Shown here in pieces: positions 1 through 13,690 of a stretch of DNA of 64,000 nt. The translations under genes and the position numbers were made by a program. Source of the stretch: Octopus vulgaris (Eukaryota); assembly GCA_951406725.2 (NCBI GenBank), contig OX597814.1, forward strand, positions 210,242,001-210,306,000, given 5' to 3'. Every line of letters begins with the position of its first letter. Within the stretch, counting starts at the first letter, position 1. Under the pieces are notes generated by a model that worked only from the letters and a program-made list of their open reading frames with translations, had not been told where the DNA came from and ran no database searches.

Positions 1-104
1 CTACAAACACGCATACATACATACATACACGCACATACGACTGGCTCGCAGTAGTCCCCTCACGCCTGAGTAACCTTCTTTACTAATTCCAACCGTTTGA
101 GCAT

Positions 105-332
105 GCCGTGACTTTGCATTAGACGCATTTATGTTCTCATGTTCCTATATATTTCTCTCGTGTTTTTATTCATTTAGAAGAGCGTATGCACGGAACGTGA
201 AAGTTTCTTCTAATTTCATTTATTTCCTGAGTTTATATATGTAGTATTTATATATAGAAGAATTAGTAGTTTTTGACTGCTATTTCTAAATTTTCGGTAT
301 GTGGTGAAGCAACTTTTTGCTAATCCCTTAAA
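105..332 (+). mobile_element. Degenerate PLE-pLTR-like short repeat (hammerhead remnant plus GACTGCTATTTC motif)
   Basis: tAGAAGAGCGTATGCACGGAACGTGAAAG (~176-203) resembles the hammerhead segment of the 32.0 kb and 44.1 kb elements. 275-330 (GACTGCTATTTCTAAATTTTCGGTATGTGGTGAAGCAA...TTGCTAATCCCT) aligns by eye with 43619-43672. Confidence 0.5.
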
Positions 333-1519
333 ATCAGTCAAAGCATAACGATAAATGTTCTTGACTTATGAACTCTATATCATGAGTTCAAATACTCAAA
401 TCAGTATCGCGTCGTGTCATGAAACAAAAATTTTTTAGCATTAGTTTCTCTCCATTAAGCTGTAATAGATAACACGATGGTTCTAGTAAAGTTTTTACGC
501 CACTCCAACATTAAAATCTTGGATGCTATACTGGATAAGATGAGGTGGAACGTGTGAGTATCTATGTCTCTTCGTGAATATATATACACTTAAAGCAAAT
601 AGCAGAAGTGTAGTACAAACAATTCTTGCTTATGAGTTAATTACTTATGAAAAAATTCTTGAAAGTTCATGGTCAGGATGTGGCAGGGCCTTGCACTGTT
701 GAAGCACGTCTCTGCATCTGCAATTTTTGGTATTTCCTACTCATGAAAATGACAACCTTGCACCACTCACACAACGACTCTTCAATCCAACCTTATTGTT
801 GCTTTTATGGATTATAATATGAAGAATTGCAAATCCTGCTTTAACCTCTTTGAGTCACCTTCTACGACACGTTTTGTTTGTCTGCATTCAGTTTTTGACA
901 TACTGAGTGCTCAAAAACGCACTCTTTCAAACACACGCATAAGTGCGCGTGCTCACGCACACACACACACGTTCATGTATACATGCATATGCACGTGCAC
1001 TTATATACATCCATTCATATCAATATGCCTGCATCAAATTTATTCTTTTCTGTGTATGTCTTTCAGTTAGTATGTCTGCCTGTCTCTGTATGTAAGTATT
1101 TATATATGGTTGCTATATATGTCTGTACTTATACATGAATAGGATTTCAACGAATAGCAGTGTATCTGAAATACAAAATTGTAAGCGTATCCATGAACCA
1201 TGGCCTTCTTAGAATGATAAGGATTATATTTTATAAATTCGCATTATAGAAAAGAATTCTAGTCATTACATTTGCTTCGTTAGTATTTGAATCTGAAATT
1301 TATGGAAACCTTACAATAGCGTATAATCTGAAAGATTCCCCCGGACACAGAGTATAGAACGCCGAAATATTTATCAGCTTCAATTGTTAGGAATAATTAG
1401 GTTCCGCTCTTGGAAAGTTACCCACACAAGACAAACAGACAGACATAGATTATATGTATATATTTGTGTTTGGTTTTACGTATGTGTTGTATATGCCCTT
1501 TACCAATGCTGCACAACAG

Positions 1520-1690
1520 CTTTTCGTTTGTGCACGTACCTGTGACTTAGCGGTTTGGCATAAAATGATAGAATAAATACCAGATTTAAGAAAGTGAAAA
1601 GTGGAGGCGATGTGTTCGACTAAGACGATCAAGGATTTACACCAGCATGGCCGGAGGCCAATGACTAATCTGACTGAAAGATAAAGATTA
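1520..1690 (+). mobile_element. Degenerate 3' part of SINE family B
   Basis: ACTTAGCGGTTTGGCA...GATAGAATAAATACCAG...TTCGACTAA...CCAGCATGGCC...GACTGAAA matches the reverse complement of 44861-45030. Confidence 0.5.
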
Positions 1691-3830
1691 TGTGTATATG
1701 TATACTTGTGTGTGGATGTATGTGTGTGAGTTTCTCTGTGTGTGTGTGTGTATGTGTGTGTGTATGTGTGTGCGTGCCTTTGTGCTTAAAAACTGGAATT
1801 TGAGCTCCCATAGAACTCACTGAAAACATTATATTTATCGAATTTATTTACAAATTTGTAGTTCATAGAGGCCATATTTTATTTGCATTCTGGCAGAAAT
1901 ACTTAGTGACTCCAGTCGAACAATTTTTAATCTCAAACATTCCCACTAAAACGGCTGTTTATATATAGAATGTTATTGTAAGTTGCAGCAGCACGAAAAT
2001 TTGTAAAATCCTGGCAGTTAAGCTAAACTTTTCATTCAATCTGATGTTATATTGATATACTCGATTGCTATTCTTATATCTGTTTAATTATGTTCAACAA
2101 ACGTTTTTCTTGAGTTTACGAAATAATTGTGTTCTCTTGTCTTCTTTATCGGATGCTGGACACAAATTGAAATCTCTTATTCAAACAAAATCACTCAATG
2201 AATACAGTTCCTTTCTTAACGGCACTTATTTTTGGAATAGATTCAATTCTAAGAACAAATATACGAGAAGATTGCTAGCGACTCCATTAAAAATACTGCC
2301 TCTGCTTCTATGTGTTATTTGATTTGAGTTTCTGACGTTCATTTATAAACTTTACAAACTCACAATAAAGATTAGTACAAATTGTAAATCTTCCATTATG
2401 GACGGCGCTGACAGAACATTCTACACGAAGTGAAATACAATTAAAAAAATAAAAATAATAAGCAAACAAAACAAAGTGAAACAGAACGGGAAATATCAGC
2501 TACATCCCACAGCGCGATTGCGTGAGTACATATAACATTTTCTCGATCATCTCCCTTTGAAAATACTTCTTTATAGACTAGAAAAACGAAAAAACGAAAT
2601 ACAAGAAATTAGCTCATACATATATATATATATGAATGTATGTGTATATGCATATGTATGTGTGTATGTATGTGTATAAATGTATATGCGTACAGTACGT
2701 ACACATATGCACATACACAAACACACACATACATACTTTTTATCGACTATAGAGCCAATTACATTTCACGAAATTCCTATTTTCTAGACCTTCAACAAAA
2801 TAACTTTTTATTTAACTTCTTTCGCAGTTACAGTAACGAAAAGACGACGCACAAATTGTTAATAACGAAAAGTTAATTACGAAGAATAATAAGAGAAGGT
2901 TACTTGCGAATGACAAATAAGATGGCGGTGTATTGACGTGAACGCGGGTTACCTTCTAGTCTATTTTGCAACGTTTCGAAAACCCTTTTGATGGGTTGCC
3001 AGCGCTTGATCTGACGTAGTAAAACAACTTATCCGATGCATTCTTAGTGATGGTATGTTACGTATACAGAAGATGAAGACAGTGGCGATAGCGCTAGTTT
3101 TCTAATAAATAACGAATCGTATACAATTGTACTCGAAGATATTGTGTGATTCCTCAGCTACAATTCATGTTAGAATTACACACTTGCTTTCAGAACACAT
3201 CCGATGCAGACTATGACCAGATTACAAAGTTAGAAAAGAGACCCGGTGTATAAAATGTACATATGATAAATGAAACGAAGCAGGGTAGCGACCCACCAGT
3301 CTTCCACTGTGTAATTGCCAGCGCAAGTTCCCACTATTTGTCTATTACAGATTGCAGCCGAATCTTCATTAATTCATATCCTTTTCAATAAGGAGAGCAT
3401 CCCGCGAATCCCCTAAATATATGGGGTGGCAACTACAATGTCTTCTGTAACAGGATTAGTTTGTGTTTTGCAAGTATATATATATGTATTTGTACACTTA
3501 TAGTTGTCCCCATAGATACATGATAGCAAAGTACTTTGAAAGATGCTTGACTATACAATTTTTTATTTTATTTCTACAGCCTCCTAAAGAGGCGCGAGCA
3601 GTTAGTTACAATGAGATGATGAAAAAGGACATGCATGTAATATACGTTTCTGAAATATCATTGAAAAATAAAGCAAAAGAGGATATAAAGTCTGAAGACA
3701 AAAATCACGGGAACCTCCAGGCGATTCTTGTGTGGCAAAATGTGAACTTTTACATTAGCAAACCTAGTTTCTTTGATGTGAAATGTGCTTCATACACTTA
3801 TCATGGGCCAGCATGTATATATACTCATGT

Positions 3831-4118
3831 GATCACGTGACCGACCAGACCATCAGATGTTTTTACACATCGCTGGTCACAATGCGTTCGCATTGTTTTA
3901 GCCTTCGAATGACGCCACCCCACTGGCTAAGCGAGCAGGCCAACAGAAGAAAGAGTAGTGAAAGAGTACAGCAGGGATCACCACCCCCTGCCGGAGCGTC
4001 GTGGAGTTTTAAGGTGTTTTCGCTCAATAAACACTCACAACGCCCGGTCTGGGAATCGAAACCGCGATCCTGCGACCGCGAGTCCGCTGCCCTAACCACT
4101 AGGCCATTGCGCCTCCAC
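3831..4118 (-). mobile_element. tRNA-derived SINE, family A with type-2 3' body
   Basis: Minus strand starts GTGGAGGCGCAATGGCCTAGTGGTTAGGGCAGCGGACTCGCGGTC with Pol III A box and B box (GTTTCGATTCCC). 12-bp TSD ATATACTCATGT at 3819-3830 and 4119-4130. Same body as 23101-23421. Confidence 0.9.
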
Positions 4119-5356
4119 ATATACTCATGTACGTATGCATATCTACCAGCACACAGATTACAAATTTAGAAAAGATAAAGGAAGAAAGTGTAAAAATTAT
4201 TGAATTCTCTGTTTTTTTTTCCCGAGTCATTATACTATATGTTGAAACTTATCTAGATTAAGTGAGTCTTTAGCAACCATGCTGGAATATTGAATAGACT
4301 TAGATTTCATTAAGCCCGAAATTCACATTTCAGCTGGCTGTAGACCATATATGTTTATTAAACATAGGATTGTAATTTCGTTTACTAACTAAATGTCTAT
4401 AACCCTGTGCGGATATTCACTTGCATCGTCAACTTTACATCAATATTTAGATCTGATCAGTAAGCAAATCCAGACAGGATGTTAAAAGTTCTCGAAACTG
4501 AATCTAATTTTCCCACGGTGGCTTTGTTCCCAGTAAGACTAAGTATGTGTTTACTCGACGTACTATTAGAACTGTGTTCAGAAATAAGAAAAGAAATAGT
4601 TGAGGTGGTGATCCATTTAATGCGTGTGTATTTTTGTATTTGTGTATAATATACACAAAGTAAGAAAACGGATAGATAGTATATTACATACACAGTTATG
4701 AAAACAGAAAAGGATTTTTCGCTGAATAACATTGCCCTGGTTTTCATTATTTACAAGCTTAGGTTTTTATCTCTACATATCATTTTGTTAATAGCCATAA
4801 CATGTGCTTAGATGAATATTTACTTGATGTGAGACTGTTGCTGGGCCATAAGAAACCACGTGAAATTTGCCTCACCAATCATGACCGGTCTCATCTGGTC
4901 TTTGATCATGTGTTCCTGTGTGTGTGTGTGTGGGTGAGTGAGTGTGTGTGTGTGTGTGAGTGAGTGTGTGTAGCACGTGTGTAGGCGCGCGCGTATGCGG
5001 ATATGTGTCAAAGTCGCTGTGAACTTAGATTTGACACTAAAATAACAACAAAAGCAAGAAGTGTAAAAAAATGATAAAATGGAATGACAAAGAAAACAAA
5101 AAGGAAAAAGAAAACAAAAAAAAGTAGCTTCAGATTGACGAGGAAAAAGAAAGAGACGACAGAAAGTTAACAATTTGGTGAGTGAACACAGAGAACTTCA
5201 CCAAAGAATCAACTGAGAGAAAAGAATAATAAAGAACATGTAAGATCAAAGTTTAATAGAAATTAGTAAATGGAAAAAGAATAAAATGCCATAAAAAGGA
5301 AGTGAAGCAGATGGGAGGGAAATGAACGTAAATTAACAACAGTGTATAATAAAGTA

Positions 5357-5403
<47 letters not shown>
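5357..5403. repeat. (ACT)n microsatellite
   Basis: Perfect trinucleotide run, seen directly. Confidence 0.95.
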
Positions 5404-6017
5404 AAAGCGTGCATTCTTTGTAAGTCACTTCTGTTTTTTGATCGCATTGAAGAGTCAACAAACGGAGAGGATTAGGCACTGAGTCAATACTGCTTACTTT
5501 GTTGATTGGTTTATGAAAAGTCAGAATATTGCAAGATACTAAAGGCTTATCTGCTAGGATTAGGTCAGAAGAGGAGAATCGATCGATTTAGTTTTATATT
5601 GTACCAGCCAATACAGGTTGAGATATTCACTACAAAGTCAGTCAACTGGAAAAAATTCCAAGAATAAACCTTTTAGTTCTTTTTCTTTTCTTTTTTTGAT
5701 CAACAAAAGTATTGATATTTTTGGTTTAATAAATGCTTTCTGTTGGCTGTTAAAGAAAGAAGGTACACGGAATTAAAGCAACCAAGAGATAAAAGATTGC
5801 TACGACTTAATATGTATGCATGTCGAGAAGTAGTTTGACCTTGCATGTTTCCAAGAACGAACTGCTGTGAAGGAATGATGGTAGTTGTGTCTCGTTATTA
5901 TCTCGGAAGGAGAAGTCAACTAACGTATTTTCTCAACAATTCTCGTCTATAATATTATATAAATATCAATAGCATACAATATATTCTTGAATGTGTTCAA
6001 TTATATATCGGTTTTGT

Positions 6018-6399
6018 GGAGGCGCAATGGCCCAGTGGTTAGGGCAGCGGACTCGCGGTCATAGGATCGCGGTTTCGATTCCCAGACCGGGCGTTGTGAG
6101 TGTTTATTGAGCAAAAACACCTAAAGCTCCACGAGGCTCCGGCAGGGGATGGTGGTGATCCCTGCTGTACTCTTTCACCACAACTTTCTCTCACTCTTAC
6201 TTCCTGTTTCTGTTGTACCTGTATTTCAAAGGGCCAGCCTTGTCACTCTCTGTGTCACGCTGAATATCCCTGAGAACTAATTTAAGGGTACACGTGTCTG
6301 TGGAGTGCTCAGCCACTTACACGTTAATTTCACGAGCAGGCTGTTCCGTTGATTCGGATCAACCGGAACTCTCATCGTCGTAACCGACGGAGTGCATCC
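6018..6399 (+). mobile_element. Full-length tRNA-derived SINE, family A with type-1 3' body
   Basis: A box TGGCCCAGTGG, B box GTTTCGATTCCC. 15-bp TSD ATATATCGGTTTTGT at 6003-6017 and 6400-6414. Near-identical to 27430-27820(-) and 36515-36906(+). Resembles the tRNA-Arg-related octopus OR-type SINEs (recalled, not searched). Confidence 0.93.
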
Positions 6400-7142
6400 A
6401 TATATCGGTTTTGTAAACTTCTTCACGTAACAAAATCTCAGATTGTGTCTTCATTTCTACTGCTTTGGTTATGTTCTAAGCCACATATCTTCAATAATGT
6501 GTCGAGAGGAAAACCCCAGGAGAGCTTTCTAAATAATTCATACACACTGTGCTCTCAACTATGCAATATAATGAAACTTGAAGCCTCTATTAACTGAGAT
6601 TTTCTATCAATTAGTTCACAAAAGTTCTTCGGGTGACGTTTCTAAATTACGAACAGCAAGCAAGGGAGTCAGATACAATGAAATCAATTAACTGGAATTT
6701 TTCGAATATACAGAAAATGCTGAATGTAAGTCAATATGATCCTTTAATACGATGGGAACAGAAACAGCAGTTATATTTATATATTGCGACGTTATTAGAC
6801 ATCGTGAGTGAAGCCATTACTGAATGTTGGAAAATATTTTGAGTATTATCAAACGGCTTATGCGCTCTGTCATGTATACACACAGTCACACAGTAGTCAA
6901 TAATAGTTTTGTAGTTAGATAGTGTCCGCATCAGAGTCAGAGAAAAGAAAACAGTGAGTGTACTTGTGTGTGAGTGTGTGTATGTGTGTGTGTACATGTA
7001 TGTCTCCCTCTCTCCCTCTTTCTCTCTGTCTATCTATCTAGCTATCTATCTGTCTGCCTGTCTGTCTCCCTCTTTCGCTATCTATCTGTCTATCAATCTA
7101 TCAATCTGTCTGTCTGTCTGTCTCTATCTCTCTCTCTCTCTC

Positions 7143-7310
7143 TATGGTTGCTATTTCTAGAAAGTTCAGTATTTGGCAAAGTAATTTATTTTATTAAGCC
7201 CTAATTATGTAATGTAATATTTTGAATACGCCTTAAATGGTCCTTTTACATACTGAACACTACTTGGTGAAATTGGTTAATAACTAATTAATTTTACCCT
7301 CAATTATTGA
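7143..7310 (+). mobile_element. PLE-pLTR-like 3' end and tail between (CT)n and (TA)n
   Basis: GGTTGCTATTTC...CCCTAATTAT...TGGTCC...TACTTGGTGAAATT...AATTAATTTTACCCT is collinear with 43619-43781. Confidence 0.6.
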
Positions 7311-8555
7311 TATATATATATATATATATATACACACAGATAGACACCTATGAAATTTGAAAGTGGTAAAACAGTTTTAGCTTCTACATTACAGTTTAGA
7401 AATAAAGGCGGGTAAAATTGGAAACAACGGTTTTATAATTTCTCTCTGATTATAGTAATCCCACTTTGAAATCCTCTATCGACAGAAAAGAACTAACGCT
7501 GCTCCAATCTACTGATGCATTTTAGGATAGCATATTAATTGAGACACATCAGCCAATTAGCGCTACAAAACTCACGTATGTCACTGATAGACAGATTTGA
7601 TATATCGTTAATCCTTAAATCTCAAATTTCTCTATCTCCATCTGTTGGCAGTTACAACGAATATTGTTATTGGTAACTACCCTTATAAACTGAGATTGAG
7701 CTGACATACGGTGTGTGTGTACTGTGTTTACAACTTACTTTGTATAAGCGTAGGGCGCTTAACAACTGCTAATGCTGTGCAGTTTACTTCGAACGTATGG
7801 GACAATGTCCACAGTCCAAATTGTCGAAAGCAGGTAAAGAGTATTATGGGATATTCAACAACGGCAACCACCTAGATTTCGATATGAAAAATCTTGTTCC
7901 CACAGTATATATTCTGTTCTCTCGTTTACTGTCACTTTTTATCTCCCTCAACTCCCCCAGTTACTGACAAAAATGTCACGGCCGAGTGAACTATTTATAC
8001 CACATAGAAGAAAGTTGAATGCTGGAGTCTATTTTTGTGCAACACTTTGAGGTCCTACCGAATACTGCCAAAGCCAACAGCGGAATTAAATGTTTCATGG
8101 AAAGTACAGATACAGCAAAACAGGAAATGGAAATGCTAACGATTAGAAACATATAAAAAAATATCTAATGGATAAAGGCTCTGCCCCAGGCTTTAATAGA
8201 TTCTGACTTAATAATCATCCCTTCAAGAATATTTGTCCCTAAGCAATAATATACGCTTTCTAATGCATTGAACTCTTAGTAATATTACGGGAATTAATCG
8301 ACTGATCGATGAGAACGGGTTGCATATTTACGTAATCTTCACTAAAAAATATGACCATCAGGGAATCTATACCCATAAGGAAAACCATGCTTCAATACTA
8401 GTTAAGTAAAACACCCACATTATGGGCATAAGGTAATAGGCATAATTTGGGAACCACAGAACATATATTAATGGGATTGGATCATAATAAAAGTTCTGGC
8501 AAAATAATTGTTTGAAACAAAGCAAAAGAAACTGTTTTAGGAACTATACGAGTAA

Positions 8556-9290
8556 ATGCACGAGTGGCTGAAGGAAATCCAAGATAGAATCAGAAGTATA
8601 GAAGTCCAAGAAGACATAGAGATAACTACAGAAATGATAACAGAGCATTTAAGAAAATTCCCAAATTGGAAGAGCCCAGGACCGGATGGGGTCCAAGGTT
8701 ATTGGACGAAGAATCTGGCAGGGTCCCATGAAAAGATAGCACAACAGCTAGATGAGTGCTTGCAGGAAGGTGCAGTACCCAGCTGGATGACAAAGGGAAA
8801 GACATTGTTATGCCCCCAAGGATCCTGAAAATGGATATGTTGCATCCAACATTAGACCAATAACATGCCTTCCGTTAATGTTATAACTAATGTCAGGAGC
8901 TTTGGCTGCTGAGCTGTACAGATACTTGGAGATGCTAACCATTGAACAGAAAGGGTGCTAAAAAGGGAAGCGGAGAACGAAGGATCAGCTGTTAATTGAT
9001 AATCTAATTATCAGGATCTGTAAGAGAAGACATAGAAACCTGAGCATGGCCTGGGTTGACTATCGCAAAACATAGATATGCTACAACACTCCTGGATAAT
9101 AAGAACAATGGATATGTATGGAGTACCAGAGAATATGGGAAACCTTATATAGAAGGACATGACATAGTGGAGAGCGGAATTGACAGCAGGGAAGCAAGTA
9201 CAATTAGAAGTGAAAATCGAGAAAGGAATCTTTCAGGTGACAGTGTGACCTCACTGATATTCGTGCTTGGAATGATCTCCTTGAAGGATT
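8556..9290 (+). pseudogene. R4/Dong-clade non-LTR retrotransposon reverse transcriptase fragment (frameshifted)
   Basis: LRKFPNWKSPGPDGVQGYW...WMTKGKTLLCP, then in shifted frames [37 protein letters not shown]. Multiple stops and frameshifts. Confidence 0.85.
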
Positions 9291-10734
9291 CTAACTGGGC
9301 CCCTCCTGCAATGTCATGCGCTGTTTATATTGATATGTGATCACCATGTCATGCACATATGCTTGTGATGCATATACCTGGTGTTCCCTTATCAGACGGG
9401 CATTCATGATTGGTACACTAGTTCGAATGTCTTACCCCTGTGTCTCTTTGATGGCATTCACAGCTCTCTCACTAAATCATTTTATTTACTTCCAGTGTAT
9501 GTAGGTCCCAACACAGTCGTATCTGTGAATATATTTGCTTTCTATATCCATAGCAACCACATTTCAAGTGATTCAAAGACAAAAGACCTATGGTAGACAT
9601 TTCCACATAACGATGAAAATATGAATATAAAATTACTAGCGACCAGGCAGCACATAATAACTCTATCATTAATTTTCGGTTGAAAAATGACAACTGTATA
9701 CTTATTTATTTTCATAGCGATACTAAATGAATTTAATGTGGTGCCTTAAAAGAGTACTGATATAACTTTTTATTGAAAATACGATATTTTTATAATTGGT
9801 AAAGGTGGAGTGATATACTTCAGTAAAGATCCAGTAAATAGTAGTAACAGTGGGATTTGTACATACTGATAACATACACAGAGTTGTTAAACATGAATAC
9901 CTGTTGAATATTTTTCGAGATATACTCAATTCTTGTTTTAAAATTGGAATACTTTGATGTACTTCGTAATCAACAACTAATAAGAGCATTAATAATAATA
10001 ATGATGTTTGTAGGAAAACTAGTATTCAGTCTGGTATTACTGGATTAAAATTATACCAGTTAAAAATGCGGTTATAAATCCAGCTGGTGTGGTGTAGAAA
10101 TATACCTTTGAAGATACACATTTTCATACCAGAAAATATCAGCATTTCTAAACATTTCGAATAAATAATCGCAAACGGTTTGTTAACATTGCGTATTTCG
10201 TGTATTTTTTAAGCTAGAACTTGTTTCCATCTTCACCTAACAATTTAATCTTTCGTTATTTACGAGTATGTACCTGGAATTTTGAAAAACCCCTTCAGTG
10301 TGTCCTGTTCCAAGCAAAGGAAACCCCCTTTGACTTAGTTAGCTATAAGCCTGATGCTATCACCTCTTGCCTCTCTAGAGTAAGCGAGGCAGTCACTAAA
10401 AGTGACATTTCAGATACCATAAATCTATCTCCGGTCATTTCTATCACTACTATAATGGCATATCTTCCTCGGTGCTTGCTGGGCTCGTGCCATCACCACT
10501 CATGCAGTCATATTCCACTTATTATTCTATTTCTCATCTACCTTGATGCATCCAAAACCCTTGTTCCATATTAACCAATATGCATGGCCTCTTCTGTCTA
10601 TTTGCATTAATCTTCATGTTATCACAAAAGCAGCCTTGCGTTCAGAGTAGAGACCATCATGTTGCATCGTCTAAAGTCACCTTTCCTCCAGTTCTTTAAT
10701 CGCACACTGAAAACAGTTCTTGTCCTCTGAGGCG

Positions 10735-11325
10735 AAGAACACCTTCACCGAATTGTCCACCTCCTCTTGGTGATGAAACCTTACGGACGCAGGAAGTGAG
10801 CCATCGATCGGGACGAGTAGTAATCCGATGGATGTATTTTCTCGCAATCCTAATGTGCATACGTAAGCAATGTTTAAGGAAGGGTCAGCTTTCGGAACAT
10901 TTCATCAGAATAACCTTTTTGAGCACAAGGTGATGCTCTTCATCTTGTAGGATTATGAGGGGACAGTTCACTTGAAGTTCGTTGCGGACTTTCGAATCAT
11001 CGATGGCAACCTGTACTCAGAAGAGCTGGAGCGGATGTATGCAATTGTGCAGCGAAAGTACCCGATATAGGTTAACAGGAAGCGAGTTTCTCTTGCACTT
11101 GTAATGCTTTCCCAACCAAGAGGAGGTGGAATTTCAGTGTAGTTCTTCGTTTCAAAGTACAAGAACTGGCATCAGCGTCGGATCGAAGAACTGGCAGAAA
11201 GGCGGCTTCAGACGGTGCAAGACGATGGCCTCTACTTTGAATGTTAGGATACTTGACGAATATTGCAAACTTTTGACTCAACACAGTATCTTCGTAATGC
11301 GGATAATTTTCTTTAAACTTGTAGT
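10735..11325 (+). pseudogene. mariner transposase relic
   Basis: From 10921 reads EHKVMLFIL*DYEGTVHLKF...IDGNLYSEELERMYAIVQRKYPI*VNRKRV. The C-terminus FFVSKYKNWHQRRIEELAERRLQTVQDDGLYFEC* is typical of mariner. Internally deleted. Confidence 0.75.
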
Positions 11326-13599
11326 AAATACTGGGGAATACTTGTAAGCACTGCTGGCAAGGAATGTTTTGCAGTGAGCCTTATTCTTAACCTTTGAAAA
11401 TTTTGTTAAATTTTGTTAACCATGTATATCGTTGTGAAATTCAAACTTGCTTTGAACATCTTTCAAAATGCACCCAATTCTTGTTCCAAGAGGGCAAACA
11501 CTTGATGTGTTCCACAAATTATAAACGATGAAGTTTATGATAGACATCTTGTGTATATGCTGAATTCTTTAGATTTTTAATGAAGTTTATGGTTTACTTT
11601 TATTAACAAATATCCAGTTATGTCACACATGAAAAGTTATTTAGCTTTTCAAATATGAAACAAAAGCTGATAAAATTATGTATATATAATAGCAAGGTGG
11701 AAATGTTTCCCGCTCCTAAAGACAAGAAACGATTGAAGTTGGGTGTGGAATCCAAAACAGAATTCGATGAGCTTAGAAAATCAATAACACAAATAAGAGA
11801 TAAGTACCGAATCTTGTGTTCAACTGCAATGTGAAGGGTCACTAATGCGTATTTGTATAGTAGTTACATGGATGGATATAATTTGTGTGGTTTAAAACAT
11901 GATAAGAAAAATAAATAAAAAAACGATAGTTTGATGCTAGAGACCATAGATAGTATCAGTTATCTGAACATATTGCTCTATGCTATTAACATAAACAAAA
12001 CCTTGTTCAAAAGAAGCATATATATAATATTATTTAACTTTATGCAGCTAAGAAATATTTGGATTTCTCCTTGGTATAGATCAAACAATCTGCATAGATT
12101 TCTACATCGGTAAGCAACCCGTTTATCTCCTTTATGTTCTCGAATTCACTGTTTTCCAATTCTGCATAGTAAATTATTAAACATCCATCAACCACCGAAG
12201 CAGATCAGCGCTTTATCAGAACGTTTGGGGATATTAATTTTTACTTGGAAAGCAGCCATACAGTAAGAATGCCCCACCGTATGCATGTGCTGTTTTGAAT
12301 ACAATTAGTCAATTATATAATATAAATTGATAAAATTACCATGTGTAATTTTCTTAGATATTAAATATAATTGATTTATCTTGTGTAAATGCTTATATAT
12401 TAATTGATATCTCATATTCTACTCAAGGCAGCATATTGTATTTAGTTTCACAGTGCTGAATAATATTCAGTTACAACGTATGCTTGACATTTCATAAATA
12501 TGTTATTATCAGTAATCACCACAAAAATTGATTAAAAGGCAGTGTTTTCATTTTAGCTGAATTTCGGAAGAAGATCTAATAAATTTTTAATGTGCTAAGA
12601 AAAGACTACTCATTTTCCATTTTTAAGTAGAAGTGTAATTAGATATTAAAATAGATTTTAAAATAACGAGTATAATTTTACGAGATTACTGAATTTATGT
12701 TTGATATGAAAGGAGTAAACTGTAAATTATTAGCTTTGTAAAAAGTGGTATTAATACCAGTAGTTTAGAGACAGAAATCGAAAGGAAAGGAAAACTTGAT
12801 GAAGTGAATACCTTTAATGAATAAAAACAGCAACTAAAATTTAGACGCAGGGAAATGCATATTCGGGTGGATGGAACTCATTAATATTTAGTACAGAATG
12901 GTGGAGTTAAATACAATGTATATTACCGGAAAATCAATAATGGATAGAACGATCGGATTTAATAGAGGTGCTATAATAGCCACAAAAGCTACAGAGAATG
13001 TAGATTTTAAAGTTATACTAATCTGTATGTGTTTCCCCCAAAGATCTTAACATAATTTTTAAGGATAAGGAAATGGTGTTTGTAGTGACTTATATCTGCA
13101 TATTTTATATAATGGCAAAAGGTTATGTCGTAAATTTCCATGAATAATATATGTATAGTCTCCATGAAGTAAAAATGGAGATAACTGATGTGCCGCGTTG
13201 GCTTGCAGTAGAGTGTAATATTTAGATGAAAAAAGAAACACAGAGCAACAGCGATTCCCGTAACTGAGGAACCCCCCTATACAATTGATGTTTCAACTTG
13301 AAATTCTTTTAACAGTGTTTTGCAGGGGGCATAAGAACAAGAAATTCATTTACCATAAATCTCCCAAATAAGGAAATTATGGGAAATATCTGAGGATGAG
13401 TGGTTTCAAAAGAAAATTTAGCGTGCGGCAGGTGTGTTTACCCAGGTGTGTTTACCCAGGTGTGTATAACGTTCTACGTTTGAAAGTAGAAGCCATTCCG
13501 TTATAACATTGCACGAGAAGTTTAGTAATGATAACAGAATTGTATGGTCGAACACGTTGTCATAGCTGGAAAGCATCGTACGATTTATTTGAAAGTGGA

Positions 13600-13690
13600 A
13601 GCAGCAACAGCAGCAGCAACTGCCGTGGCAACATCAGCAGCAACTGCCGCGGCAACAGCAGCAGTAGTAACAGCAGTAGCAGCAACAGTA
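13600..13690. repeat. Imperfect (CAG/CAA)n repeat
   Basis: AGCAGCAACAGCAGCAGCAAC... includes a duplicated 21-bp unit. Confidence 0.8.

Noticed and set aside
3783-4169. 128-aa and 85-aa ORFs, with similar peptides at 23317, 27483, 36650 and 41727
   Set aside because: Chance frames through SINE copies.
6018-6095. tRNA gene-like sequence (also at ~4040-4118, 23345-23421, 27745-27820, 36515-36590, 59250-59320)
   Set aside because: These are SINE heads that continue into SINE bodies, several with TSDs; there is no proper acceptor stem or terminator.
10400-10735. Possible CR1/Jockey-like LINE 3' remnant; other old repeats at ~9300-9460, 15870-16250, 16480-16780, 18560-18780 and 26940-27200
   Set aside because: Look repeat-derived but are too degenerate to classify by eye.
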